From Planctomycetota bacterium (GTDB lineage: Bacteria; Planctomycetota; UBA1135; UBA2386), in assembly GCA_965223545.1 (NCBI GenBank), contig OZ245006.1, positions 1,312,001 through 1,376,000 on the forward strand: a DNA stretch of 64,000 nt, in the 5' to 3' direction. The notes under the pieces are model-generated. The model had not been told where the DNA came from. It saw only the letters and a list, made by a program, of their open reading frames with translations, and did not search any database. The position numbers and the translations under genes were made by a program. Positions 30,581 to 40,053 of the stretch are shown piece after piece (within the stretch, counting starts at the first letter, position 1; each line of letters starts with the position of its first letter).

Positions 30581-31445
30581 CCTCGAGGAGGGCGCGCATC
30601 TCCGCGAAGCGGGCGGCGGTGGCGGCGTCGACTTCGGGGTAGCGCAAGCCCTGGGCGCGCAGCGCCGCCACGACCAGCTCGGCCACCGATAGCCGCATGA
30701 ACGGCTTGTCATCGGCCGGGATCGCGAACCACGGTGCCCAAGGCCGCGAGGTCCCGTTGAGCGCTGCTTCGTAGGCGCGCTGGTAGGCATCCCAGTGCTG
30801 CCGCTCGGCGACATCGCCGACCGAGAACTTCCAGTTCTTCTCAGGCCGCTCGATGCGGGCCAGGAACCGGCGGCGCTGCTCTTCGGCCGACACGTTGAGC
30901 CAGAACTTGAGGATCAGCGTCCCGTTGCGGGCCAGGTGCTTCTCGTGGTCCCGGATCGACTCCAGCCGCTCCTCCCACAACGCCTCACCGGTGGCACGGT
31001 CCGGGATCCGCTGTGCGTCGAGGTACTCGGGATGCACGCGGACGACGAGCACCTCCTCGTAGTAGCTGCGGTTGAAAATGCCGATCCGGCCGCGCTCGGG
31101 CAGGCAGCGCACGGTGCGCCACAAGAAGTCGTGGTCCAGCTCCACCGCCGACGGCTGCTTGAACGAGAACACCTGGCAGCCCGCGGGGTTCACCCCGCTC
31201 ATCACCGCGCGGATCGTGCCGTCCTTGCCCGCCGCGTCCATCGCCTGAAACACGAGCAAGACGGCGTGGTGGTCGTGCGCGTACAGCATGCGCTGCAGAT
31301 CGCGCAGCTCGTCGACCGCTTCCTCGAGCTGCCGCTTGCACGCCTTCTTGCCGGGCGCCTCCGACGGCGGCGCCGTCGGCGCCCGGTCGACGCGGAACGA
31401 GCCGTCGAACGGCACCAAGAAGGGGCTTTGCTGCCAGGTTTGCAT
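30549..31445 (-). CDS. ppk2: Polyphosphate kinase 2 family protein
   Basis: FQAMDAAGKDG, FKQPS, DHDFLWR, FNRSYYEEVLVVRVH, KNWKFS. Confidence 0.95.
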   Translation of the reverse strand: MQTWQQSPFLVPFDGSFRVDRAPTAPPSEAPGKKACKRQLEEAVDELRDLQRMLYAHDHHAVLLVFQAMDAAGKDGTIRAVMSGVNPAGCQVFSFKQPSAVELDHDFLWRTVRCLPERGRIGIFNRSYYEEVLVVRVHPEYLDAQRIPDRATGEALWEERLESIRDHEKHLARNGTLILKFWLNVSAEEQRRRFLARIERPEKNWKFSVGDVAERQHWDAYQRAYEAALNGTSRPWAPWFAIPADDKPFMRLSVAELVVAALRAQGLRYPEVDAATAARFAEMRALLEVNQHPRPGSP

Positions 31446-31556
31446 GAGATCGGCCGATGATGGGCGACCGTTGCCACCTTCGCCAGCTTCTGCTTGCGCA
31501 CGCGTTCTCCGCCGCGGACTCCTCTCGCATCTGGCGGTATGGCACTCTAGTGCGCC

Positions 31557-32177
31557 ATGTCGCAAGCCCATCCGGCGCCGCCACTGGGCCCCCTGCTGCG
31601 CGCTGCGCGCACCGTGGATGCCATCCACCGGCGGTTGGCGCGTGCCCTCGGCTGGCTGACGCTGACGATGGTGCTGCTCGGCGCCTACAACGCCCTGGCG
31701 CGCTACTTGGAGCGAGACGTCGGCCTGCGCCTGTCGTCCAACGCGTTCCTCGAGGCACAGTGGTATCTGTTCGGCCTGGTGTTCCTGCTCGCGGCCCCGC
31801 ACGCGCTGCGGGCCGGCGCCCACGTGCGGGTCGACGTGCTCTACGGCCGCCATGCCGCCCGCGGCCGTGCCTGGGTCGATCTGTGCGGCGCGCTGCTGTT
31901 GGCGGTTCCGTTCTGCTTGTTCGGGCTGTGGATGAGCCGCGACTTCGTCGCCGACAGCTGGGTACGCGGCGAGATGTCCAATGATCCGGGCGGCCTGCCG
32001 CGCTGGATCCTCAAGCCGGCGATCCCGCTCGCCTTCGGGCTGTTGTTGCTGCAGTCCCTCTCCGAGGCCGTCAAGAGCGCCGCCGTCCTGGTCGGCCGCG
32101 CACCCGCCAGCATCCTCGACGAGCCGCCGCCGCCCGGCTCCCCAGCGTCGCTCCACTCCCAGGACGACCGGCGATGA
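31557..32177 (+). CDS. TRAP transporter small permease (DctQ)
   Basis: Four TM segments; EAQWYLF; HVRVDVLY; SNDPGGLPRW. Confidence 0.92.
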   Translation: MSQAHPAPPLGPLLRAARTVDAIHRRLARALGWLTLTMVLLGAYNALARYLERDVGLRLSSNAFLEAQWYLFGLVFLLAAPHALRAGAHVRVDVLYGRHAARGRAWVDLCGALLLAVPFCLFGLWMSRDFVADSWVRGEMSNDPGGLPRWILKPAIPLAFGLLLLQSLSEAVKSAAVLVGRAPASILDEPPPPGSPASLHSQDDRR

Positions 32178-33502
32178 CTCCGGCGCTCGGCCCACTGATG
32201 TTCGGCGCTGCGTTCGCGCTGATCTTCCTCGGCTATCCCGTGGCCTTCGCGCTGGGCGGCGTCGCGGTGGTGTTCGCCTGGATCGGGGTCGGTGGCGGCT
32301 TCTTCGGATTCGACTACCTGACCCTGTTCCCCGAGCGCGTCTTCGGCGTGGTCAGCAACCAAGTCCTGCTGGCAGTGCCTTTCTTCATCTTCATGGGGAC
32401 CGTGCTCGAACGCTCGCGCCTGGCCGAGGACCTGCTGCGCACGATCGGCTTGCTGTTCGGTGCACGGCGCGGCGGGCTGGCGCTCGCCGTCGTCTTCGTC
32501 GGCGCCCTGCTGGCGGCCGCCACCGGCATCGTCGGCGCGTCCGTGGTCGCGATGGGCATGATCTCGCTGCCGATCATGCAGCGCTACGGCTACGCACCCT
32601 CGCTGTCGACCGGCGTGATCTGCGCGGCCGGCACGCTCGGCCAGATCGTTCCGCCGAGCATCGTCCTCGTGGTGCTCGCCGACCAGCTCGGCGAGAGCGT
32701 CGGTGACCTGTTCTTGGGCGCGCTCGCGCCGGGGCTGCTGCTGGCGGGGCTGTACGCGGTCTACGTCATCGTCCTGGCCAGGTTGCGGCCAGCGGCCGCT
32801 CCCGCGTTGCCGGCTGCCGAGCGCGCTGCGATCCCCGACCTCGGCCGGCAAGTGCTGCGCGTCATGGTGCCGCCGCTGCTGTTGATCGTCATCGTCCTGG
32901 GCAGCATCTTCGCCGGCGTGGCGACGCCGACCGAAGCCGGCGCCCTGGGCGCCGTCGGCGCCATGCTGCTCGCCCTGTGCAGCGGTCGGCTCGACCGGGC
33001 GGCACTCCGCTCGACGATGCACACGACCACGCTGTTGACCAGCATGATCATGTTCCTGCTGGTCGGCTCGACCGCGTTCACCCTCGTGTTCCGCGGACTG
33101 GGAGGCGACCACTGGATCGAAGCGCTGCTGACCGACCTGCCCGCCGGTGAGCTCGGCTTCCTGGTCGTCGCCAACCTGGTGATCTTCGCACTCGGCTTCT
33201 TCATCGACTTCTTCGAGATCGCCTTCATCATCCTCCCCCTCCTGGTGCCCGTCGCACGCCTGCTCGGCTTCGAGGGCGACAAGATGATCTGGTTCGGCGT
33301 GCTGGTGGCGATGAACCTGCAGACCAGCTTCTTGACGCCACCATTCGGCTTCTCGCTGTTCTACCTGCGTGGCGTGGCGCCGAAGGAGATCCCGACCTCG
33401 ACCATCTACCGGGGTGCGGTGCCGTTCATCGCGATCCAGCTGATCGGCCTGGCGCTCGTGGTGCAGTTTCCACAGCTGGTGACCTGGGCGCTCGGCGACT
33501 GA
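32174..33502 (+). CDS. TRAP transporter large permease (DctM)
   Basis: GYPVAFAL, GTLGQIVPPS, ATPTEAG, NLQTSFLTPPFG. Confidence 0.95.
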   Translation: MTPALGPLMFGAAFALIFLGYPVAFALGGVAVVFAWIGVGGGFFGFDYLTLFPERVFGVVSNQVLLAVPFFIFMGTVLERSRLAEDLLRTIGLLFGARRGGLALAVVFVGALLAAATGIVGASVVAMGMISLPIMQRYGYAPSLSTGVICAAGTLGQIVPPSIVLVVLADQLGESVGDLFLGALAPGLLLAGLYAVYVIVLARLRPAAAPALPAAERAAIPDLGRQVLRVMVPPLLLIVIVLGSIFAGVATPTEAGALGAVGAMLLALCSGRLDRAALRSTMHTTTLLTSMIMFLLVGSTAFTLVFRGLGGDHWIEALLTDLPAGELGFLVVANLVIFALGFFIDFFEIAFIILPLLVPVARLLGFEGDKMIWFGVLVAMNLQTSFLTPPFGFSLFYLRGVAPKEIPTSTIYRGAVPFIAIQLIGLALVVQFPQLVTWALGD

Positions 33503-33529
33503 CGCGACGGCCCAGGGCGCTCGAGCACG

Positions 33530-34693
33530 TCACTCGCCGAACGCGAACTGCGCATACGACAGCTCGCAGGTGCCGAACCAGTGGAACGCGTCGCGACGAA
33601 AGGCGCGCCAGTGCTCCAGGATCCGCGCGTAGACCGGATCGGCCGCCGCCTCGTCGGCCAGCAGCTGCTCGCTGGCTTCACGCGCGGCGCGCAGGATGTC
33701 ATCCGAGAACCTGCGCAGCACGACGCCGCGCTCCGGCGCCAACAACCGACGCAGCGCCGGTGGGTTCTTGGTGTCGTAGCGGATCTGCATCGCGGTCGCC
33801 GCCTCGCGAGAAGCCGCGCGAAAGATCTCGCGATACTCGACCGGCAGCGCATCCCAGGCGGTGCGGTTGACCATGAAGCTGAGGTTGGGGCCCGGTTCCC
33901 AAAAGCCGGGGTAGTAGTAGTTCTTCGCGACCTGCCAGAAGCCGAGCTTCTCGTCGTCGTACGGCCCGACCCACTCGGTGGCATCGATCGCGCCGCGCTC
34001 GAGCGCGGGGTAGATGTCACCGCCGGCGATCGCCTGCACGGAGACCCCCAGCTTGTCCATCACCTTGCCGCCGAGCCCCGGGATGCGCATGCGCAGACCC
34101 CGCAGGTCCGCCGCCCGCTCCACGGGCTGCCGAAACCAGCCGCCCATCTGCGCCCCGGTGCTGCCCGACGGAAACGCGACGATGCCGAACTCCGCGTAGA
34201 CGTCGGCCAAAAGCTCGGCGCCGCCGGCCTGGTGCAGCCACGCATCCTGCTGCCGCGGAGTGAGGCCGAAAGGCACGCAGGTATCGAACGCGAGTGCCTT
34301 GGCCTTTCCCGTGTAGTAGTAGCCCCCGGACTGCCCCACTTCAGCGGCACCCTTCTCGACCGCGTCCATGACCTGCAACGGCGGCACCAGCTCGCCGGCC
34401 TGGAAGACCTCGATCGCGAACCGACCGCCGGTCATCGCCGCGACCCGCTCCGCCAGCACCTCGGCCGCCCCGAAGATCGTGTCCAAGCTCTGCGGAAAGC
34501 TCGACGCCAACCGCCACCGCACATTGCGGCCGGAGACTTGGCCGGCCGGTGCACCACCCCCGTCGCGGTCCGCTCCGCGAAACACCCCGGCCGCACTGGC
34601 GGCGACGATGCCGGCCGCCGTGCCGGTCAGACCACCGCTGAGGAACGCCCGCCGGCCGACGCCAGGGGGTCCGCCATCTGCTGCAGTCGCCAT
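33530..34693 (-). CDS. TRAP substrate-binding protein (DctP/TakP-like), Tat signal
   Basis: GRRAFL twin-arginine motif; WRLASSFP, QMGGWF, MRIPGLGG, IDATEWVGPYDD, YYYPGFWEPG. Confidence 0.94.
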   Translation of the reverse strand: MATAADGGPPGVGRRAFLSGGLTGTAAGIVAASAAGVFRGADRDGGGAPAGQVSGRNVRWRLASSFPQSLDTIFGAAEVLAERVAAMTGGRFAIEVFQAGELVPPLQVMDAVEKGAAEVGQSGGYYYTGKAKALAFDTCVPFGLTPRQQDAWLHQAGGAELLADVYAEFGIVAFPSGSTGAQMGGWFRQPVERAADLRGLRMRIPGLGGKVMDKLGVSVQAIAGGDIYPALERGAIDATEWVGPYDDEKLGFWQVAKNYYYPGFWEPGPNLSFMVNRTAWDALPVEYREIFRAASREAATAMQIRYDTKNPPALRRLLAPERGVVLRRFSDDILRAAREASEQLLADEAAADPVYARILEHWRAFRRDAFHWFGTCELSYAQFAFGE

Positions 34694-34790
34694 CGACGAA
34701 CAGCGTAGCGCCGGGCCGGGCTCGCCGGACAAAGTCGCCGCCGAGACAGGCAACGTAGTAAGCTCGCGGCCAGCAACCGCTGTTGCGGGT

Positions 34791-37700
34791 CTACGCCGGC
34801 ATCCGCTTCGCCGCGACGGTCCGCCCACCGCGCCGCGCCAACTGCTCGCGCAACGCGCGGCTGCGCCGCAGCGGCGATCCGGCATAGCGCGCGACGATGC
34901 CGTAGCAGGACGGCACCACGATCAACGTGCTGACCGTCGCCGTCGTCACCCCGGTCAGCACGACCCAGCCGATCGCCACGCGCGCCTCGGCGCCGGCCCC
35001 CGTTGCCAAGACGAGCGGCAGCGCACCGAGCGCCGTCGACATACCCGTCATCAGGATGGGGCGCAGGCGCAGCTCGGACGCCTCGGCCACCGCCTCGCGG
35101 AAGCCGCGGCCACGATCGCGGAGCTGGCCGGCGAACTCGACGATCAAGATGCCGTTCTTCGCCGCCAGACCGATCAGCATCACCATCGCGATCTGGCTGT
35201 ACAGGTTGAGGGTCTGTCCGCCGATCCAAAGGCCCAACAGACCGCCGAACAGCGCCAGCGGGACGGTGATCAGGATCACGAGTGGTGAGAGGAAGCTCTC
35301 GAACTGCGCCGCGAGCACCAGATACACGAGCAACAACGACAGGCCGAACGCGAACCACAGCGCGCTCGACGCCTCGGCAAACTCTTTGCTCTGCCCCTTG
35401 TACGACACGCCGGGCGCCCCCTGCAGCTCGTCGTCCACCACTCCGCGCAGGAAGCTCAAAGCCTCGCCGAGGCTGTAGCCCTCGGCGAGGTTGGCGCCGA
35501 TGGTGATCGCGCGCAGCCGGTCGTAGCGGTTGAGCTTGGCGGCATCGGCGAACTCCGCGACGCGCACCAGGTTGGCGAGCGGCACGAGCTCGCCCGTCGT
35601 CTCCGAACGCACGTAGATTTGCTCGAGGTCGCTGGGCGCGCGCTTGTCGCGGTCCTCGGCCTCCAGCATCACGTCGTACTCTTCGCCGCGGTCGAGATAG
35701 GTCGTGACCCGGCGAAACCCCATCATCGTCTCGAGCGTGCGGCCGACTTCGACCGCCGACACGCCGAGGTCGGCGGCGCGGTCTCGATCCACGGTCACGC
35801 GCAGCTGCGGCTTGGTCTCGTTGAAGTCGGCGTTGACCGCCACCAGGCCGGGGTTCTCGTTGGCGCGCTGCAAGATCACATCGCGCCAACGGGCCAGCTC
35901 GTCGAAGGTCGGGCCGGTGATGACGAATTGCACGGCCTGCCCGCTGCGCCGCCCGAGCAACCCCGAACGCACCGTGCTGAACGCGCGATAGCCCGGGATC
36001 GCGTTGAGCTCGGCATCGACGGCGTTGGCGACTTCGAGCGTCGAGCGGTCGCGCTGGTCCCACAGCTGGAGAAGTACGGTGCCCCAGCCGGAGTTCACCG
36101 CGCCCCCGCTGCCGAACGACCCCGGCACGCGGGTGAGCACACGCTGCGCCTCGCCGCTGTCGATCAGCGGCAACAGCACTCCCTCGACGCGCTGCAGCAT
36201 GTCGACCGACTGGCGGAACGTCGCCCCCTCGGGGCCGGTGATCATCACGGTGAAGCTGCCGCGATCCTCGGTCGGGGCGTACTCCTCGGGCAAAGAGCGG
36301 AACAGCCCGACGGTCGCCAGCGCCAAACCCGCCACCAGCAGCAGGCCGGCGACCGGTTGGCCGACCAAGCCGTCCACCAACCAGCGATAGCCGCGCTGCA
36401 AGGGCCGGAAGCCCGCTTCGACGGCGCGCGCCAGCCACGGAGTCCGCCGGCCGAGGAGCGCCACGCACATCGCGGGTGAGAGCGTCAGGGCGACGAGCGT
36501 CGACAGAACCACGGCGCCCGCCAACGCCAGCGCGAACTCCGAGAACAACCGACCGGTGTTGCCCTGCAGAAACGCGAGCGGCACGAAGACCGCCACCAAC
36601 ACCAACGTCGTGGCCACCACCGCGAACGCGACCTGGCGGCTGCCGAGGAACGCAGCGCGCAACGCGGGCTCGCCCCGCCGCATGCGGCGGGCGATGTTCT
36701 CCAGCACGACGATCGCGTCGTCGACCACCAGCCCGATGGCCAGCACCATCGCCAGCAGGGTCAGCAGGTTGATCGAGTACCCCAGCAGATCGAGCACGAA
36801 GAAGGTGCCGATCAGCGACACCGGCACGGTGACAGCCGGCACCAGGGTGGCGCGCAGACTGCCGAGGAACAGAAAGATCACCAGGACCACGGCACCGGCG
36901 GCGAACGCCAGCGTGGTCCACACCTCGTCGATCGCGGCCTGGATGTAGACCGAGCTGTCGGAGCTCGGGTACAGCTGCATGTCGGGAGGCAGCGTCTTGT
37001 TGACCCGCGCGACCCGCTCCTTGACCGCCCGCACGACCTCGATGGTGTTCGCCTTGGACTGCCGGACGATGCCGATGCCGACCATGTCCTCGCCGTTGCG
37101 GCGGAACGCGGTGCGGTCGTCCGACGGCCCGCGCTCCACCCGTGCGACGTCGCGCAACCGCACGAGGTAGCCGTCGGCGCCGCGACCGACGACGAGCTCT
37201 TGGAAGTCCTCCGCCGACCGGTACGCCCGATCGATGCGCACGGTGAACTCGCGTTCGCTCGACTCGACGCGGCCCGCGGGGAGCTCGACGTTCTCGGTGC
37301 GCAGCGCACTCTCGACATCGCCGGCCGTGATCCCGGTCGCCGCCAAGCGCTGCCGGTCGAGCCAGATGCGCATCGCATAGCGACTGCCCCCACCCACGCG
37401 AATCTGCGCAACGCCGGGCACGACCGACAGCTGATCGACCACGTAGCGCTCGGCGAAGTCGGTCAACTCCATCACGCCCCGCACGGGGCTCGCGAGGTTG
37501 AGCCAGTAGACCGCGTCGCTGCCGGAATCGACCTTGGTGATCTCGGGCGGGTCGACTTCTTCGGGGAGCTGCTGCAGCACCCGCGACACGCGATCCCGCA
37601 CGTCGTTGGCGGCCGCCTCGACGTCCCGATCGGGGACGAAGTCGATGGTCACCCGGGAGCTGCCGTCGCTGGTCGACGAGCTGATCGTCGCAATGCCCTC

Positions 37701-37922
37701 GACACCGCTGACCGCGTCCTCGATCACCTGCGTGACCCGCGTCTCGACGGTCGCCGCAGCCGCCCCCGGATAGCGCGTGTCGATGCTGACCGTCGGCGGC
37801 TCGATGTCCGGGAACTCGCGGATCCCCAGCCGGCTGTAGCCGACCACGCCCAGCACGATGATGACCATGCTCAGCACCGTGGCGAAGACGGGCCGGCGCA
37901 CCGAAAGGTCGGAGAGCAGCAC
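34791..37922 (-). CDS. RND efflux permease (AcrB/MexW-like)
   Basis: RRPVFA, YPGA, AIGLVVDDAIVVLENI, LAAQFESF, KNGILIVEFA, RLRPILMT. Confidence 0.96.
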   Translation of the reverse strand: MLLSDLSVRRPVFATVLSMVIIVLGVVGYSRLGIREFPDIEPPTVSIDTRYPGAAAATVETRVTQVIEDAVSGVEGIATISSSTSDGSSRVTIDFVPDRDVEAAANDVRDRVSRVLQQLPEEVDPPEITKVDSGSDAVYWLNLASPVRGVMELTDFAERYVVDQLSVVPGVAQIRVGGGSRYAMRIWLDRQRLAATGITAGDVESALRTENVELPAGRVESSEREFTVRIDRAYRSAEDFQELVVGRGADGYLVRLRDVARVERGPSDDRTAFRRNGEDMVGIGIVRQSKANTIEVVRAVKERVARVNKTLPPDMQLYPSSDSSVYIQAAIDEVWTTLAFAAGAVVLVIFLFLGSLRATLVPAVTVPVSLIGTFFVLDLLGYSINLLTLLAMVLAIGLVVDDAIVVLENIARRMRRGEPALRAAFLGSRQVAFAVVATTLVLVAVFVPLAFLQGNTGRLFSEFALALAGAVVLSTLVALTLSPAMCVALLGRRTPWLARAVEAGFRPLQRGYRWLVDGLVGQPVAGLLLVAGLALATVGLFRSLPEEYAPTEDRGSFTVMITGPEGATFRQSVDMLQRVEGVLLPLIDSGEAQRVLTRVPGSFGSGGAVNSGWGTVLLQLWDQRDRSTLEVANAVDAELNAIPGYRAFSTVRSGLLGRRSGQAVQFVITGPTFDELARWRDVILQRANENPGLVAVNADFNETKPQLRVTVDRDRAADLGVSAVEVGRTLETMMGFRRVTTYLDRGEEYDVMLEAEDRDKRAPSDLEQIYVRSETTGELVPLANLVRVAEFADAAKLNRYDRLRAITIGANLAEGYSLGEALSFLRGVVDDELQGAPGVSYKGQSKEFAEASSALWFAFGLSLLLVYLVLAAQFESFLSPLVILITVPLALFGGLLGLWIGGQTLNLYSQIAMVMLIGLAAKNGILIVEFAGQLRDRGRGFREAVAEASELRLRPILMTGMSTALGALPLVLATGAGAEARVAIGWVVLTGVTTATVSTLIVVPSCYGIVARYAGSPLRRSRALREQLARRGGRTVAAKRMPA

Positions 37923-37926
37923 GACG

Positions 37927-39003
37927 CTACCGCGTCTCCACGACGTCCACGCCGACGCCGGGGCGAACGCGCAACAGTCCCTCGACAACGACTCGATCTC
38001 CCTCCGCCAACCCGGAGCGGATCTCGACCCAGCCCACTCGCCGGCGACCGATCTCGACCTCGGTGCGCTGGACCACTCCATCGCCGTCGACGGCGAGCAC
38101 GTGGTAGCGATCGCCCGTGGGCACCAGCGCCGCTTCCGGCACTTGCAGCACCGGGGACTCGCCGCGTTCAACGGTGACCTTGAGCAACATCCCCGGCCGC
38201 AGCAGCCGATCGGGATTGGGCAGCTCCGCCCGCACGGTCGCCGACCGCGTGCGCCGGTCGAGCCTGGTGTCCAGCATCGTCACGCGCCCCGCAAAGGTCT
38301 TGTCCGGCCAGGCGTCACTGCGCGCATTGATCGTCATCCCAGCGCGCACCGCACTCAGCCAGACCTCGGGGATCGTGAAGTCGAGCTTGACGCGCGTCAG
38401 GTCGTCGAGCGTGGTGATCAACGTCGTCGGATCGACGTAGGCCCCTTCGCTGACCCGCCGCAATCCCAGGGTGCCGGCAAAGGGCGCCCGCACCTCCCGA
38501 TCCTCGATCGCCGCCTCCAACGCCACCACACGCGACTCCGCCGCGGACAGGTTGGCGACCGCCTCGTCCAGGTCGCGCTGGCTCGCCATCTCCTTGCCGA
38601 ACAGCTCCACCACCTGTCCGTGCCGCACCTTGCTCTGGTCGCGCAAGGCCACCGCCTCGGCCAGCCGCGCGCTCTCCTCCTCCGCGTTCATGCGGACCAG
38701 CAACTGGCCCGACTCGACCTCCTGGCCGTCGACGAAGTGGAGCGCCGCGATGTGGTCGGCCCGGTTCGCCGTGATCGTCACCGACTCATAGGCCTGCACG
38801 GTACCGAGCGCTTCGAGCGAGTCGACCAGCGGAGCGCGCACCACGCGGGCGACCACGACGGGGACCGCGGGCCGGCCGCGGGCTTCCGCGCGATCTTCGC
38901 TCGCCGACTCTGCCTGCGCCGCACCGAGCAACTCGGGAAAACCGAGCAAAGCGGCGGCGGCCACGGCACCGAGGGCCAGCAGATACACGAGAGCGGTGCG
39001 CAT
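37927..39003 (-). CDS. RND periplasmic adaptor (membrane fusion protein)
   Basis: VRAPFAG, LDFTIPE, LLRPGM, GLAEGDRVVVEG. Confidence 0.94.
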   Translation of the reverse strand: MRTALVYLLALGAVAAAALLGFPELLGAAQAESASEDRAEARGRPAVPVVVARVVRAPLVDSLEALGTVQAYESVTITANRADHIAALHFVDGQEVESGQLLVRMNAEEESARLAEAVALRDQSKVRHGQVVELFGKEMASQRDLDEAVANLSAAESRVVALEAAIEDREVRAPFAGTLGLRRVSEGAYVDPTTLITTLDDLTRVKLDFTIPEVWLSAVRAGMTINARSDAWPDKTFAGRVTMLDTRLDRRTRSATVRAELPNPDRLLRPGMLLKVTVERGESPVLQVPEAALVPTGDRYHVLAVDGDGVVQRTEVEIGRRRVGWVEIRSGLAEGDRVVVEGLLRVRPGVGVDVVETR

Positions 39004-39111
39004 TTCGGGGAGCGCAATGGTAGCCCAGCCCTTATCGATGGCCAGGGCCGCGCGGCAAAGCGGACGCAGCGCGGGTGTTGCCGGTCGCCACCCATGATGC
39101 CGGCGCCACCG

Positions 39112-39540
39112 TCAGTTCGATCGTTGCCGCAGGTCGTCGAACTCCCATGAGAGCCCGGCGAAAGTACCCGGCAACGGGGGCGGCGGGTCGATCAGACTGC
39201 GACAGTCGATGCGGACCCGGTCGATCGCCAGCCACTCGACCCGCAGAAACTCATAGCCGTGGGCGACGACCGTTTGTCGCGTGTCGCCCTCGACCAGCGT
39301 CAAGGTCTGCCAGCGAAACGGCGGCGTGTGGTGCTCGGCCACTTCAACCGCTCGGTGCCCATCCGGAGCGGGGAACGCTCGCGCTCGCGACGGATCGATT
39401 CCCTGCTCGTCCTCAGCAGTCGCGCCGTCCGGATACTCGCGCAGGACGTACCAGCATCCACCGCCGAAGATCAGGAGTAACACCGCCGCCAGTAAAGCGA
39501 TCACCGCCTGCTCGACGGGAGTGCGTTGGGTGGATTCCAT
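39112..39540 (-). CDS. Hypothetical membrane-anchored protein
   Basis: N-terminal TM helix; start 6 nt after the upstream stop. Confidence 0.55.
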   Translation of the reverse strand: MESTQRTPVEQAVIALLAAVLLLIFGGGCWYVLREYPDGATAEDEQGIDPSRARAFPAPDGHRAVEVAEHHTPPFRWQTLTLVEGDTRQTVVAHGYEFLRVEWLAIDRVRIDCRSLIDPPPPLPGTFAGLSWEFDDLRQRSN

Positions 39541-39545
39541 GGGCT

Positions 39546-39896
39546 TCAGAACCGCTCCTCACCGGTCGCGCGCACGGGATCGGGGAAATCGCGATACAGC
39601 GCGAACAACGGATCGCGAACCAGGTGGTTGACGGCGTGGTGGAGCCCTTCGATCGGTTCGCGGCGGGCCGCGACCTGATCGAACGCCCGCTGCAACTGCT
39701 CCAAGTCCTCGAACTCCATCACGACGTGGAACTCGCGCAGCGCCGGAGGGCGGAGCCCGAGCTTGCAGCGGGTGATCCGATAATCCTGCAGGAGCCCCTG
39801 GTCCCGCAGTGGGTCCAGATAGTCGCGCACCGCGGTGCAGAACGAGAGGTCACTGGCGCCGGCCGCCAGGTTGCACCAAATGTGGTAGTAGTCCAT
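39546..39896 (-). CDS. Small conserved protein (DUF6614-like)
   Basis: MDYYHIWCNL, YRITRCKLG, EFHVVMEF, FALYRDFPD. Confidence 0.75.
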   Translation of the reverse strand: MDYYHIWCNLAAGASDLSFCTAVRDYLDPLRDQGLLQDYRITRCKLGLRPPALREFHVVMEFEDLEQLQRAFDQVAARREPIEGLHHAVNHLVRDPLFALYRDFPDPVRATGEERF

Positions 39897-40053
39897 GGAC
39901 GCCGCGGGGCGGCGAGCCGCCTCGCGAGTCGCGAGGATGCCACAAGGTGGGATCCGGCGCCAAGCCCCCTTTCCATGGCGCTTTGATCCCGAAGCCGCGG
40001 AGCAGCGATGAGTTGACCCTTAAGTAGGGGGCCGCGACGGACGATGCCGCCAG

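Noticed and set aside
31446..32195. 548-aa PPK2 with a long N-terminal domain
   Set aside because: The extension is antisense to dctQ; PPK2 similarity starts at MQTWQQ (31445).
39900..40050. Possible c-di-GMP riboswitch upstream of the GH114-like gene (hairpins CCTCGCGA-G-TCGCGAGG and GGGATC...GATCCC)
   Set aside because: The conserved GEMM nucleotides were not recognisable; GC-rich hairpins alone are insufficient. An Rfam scan would settle it.
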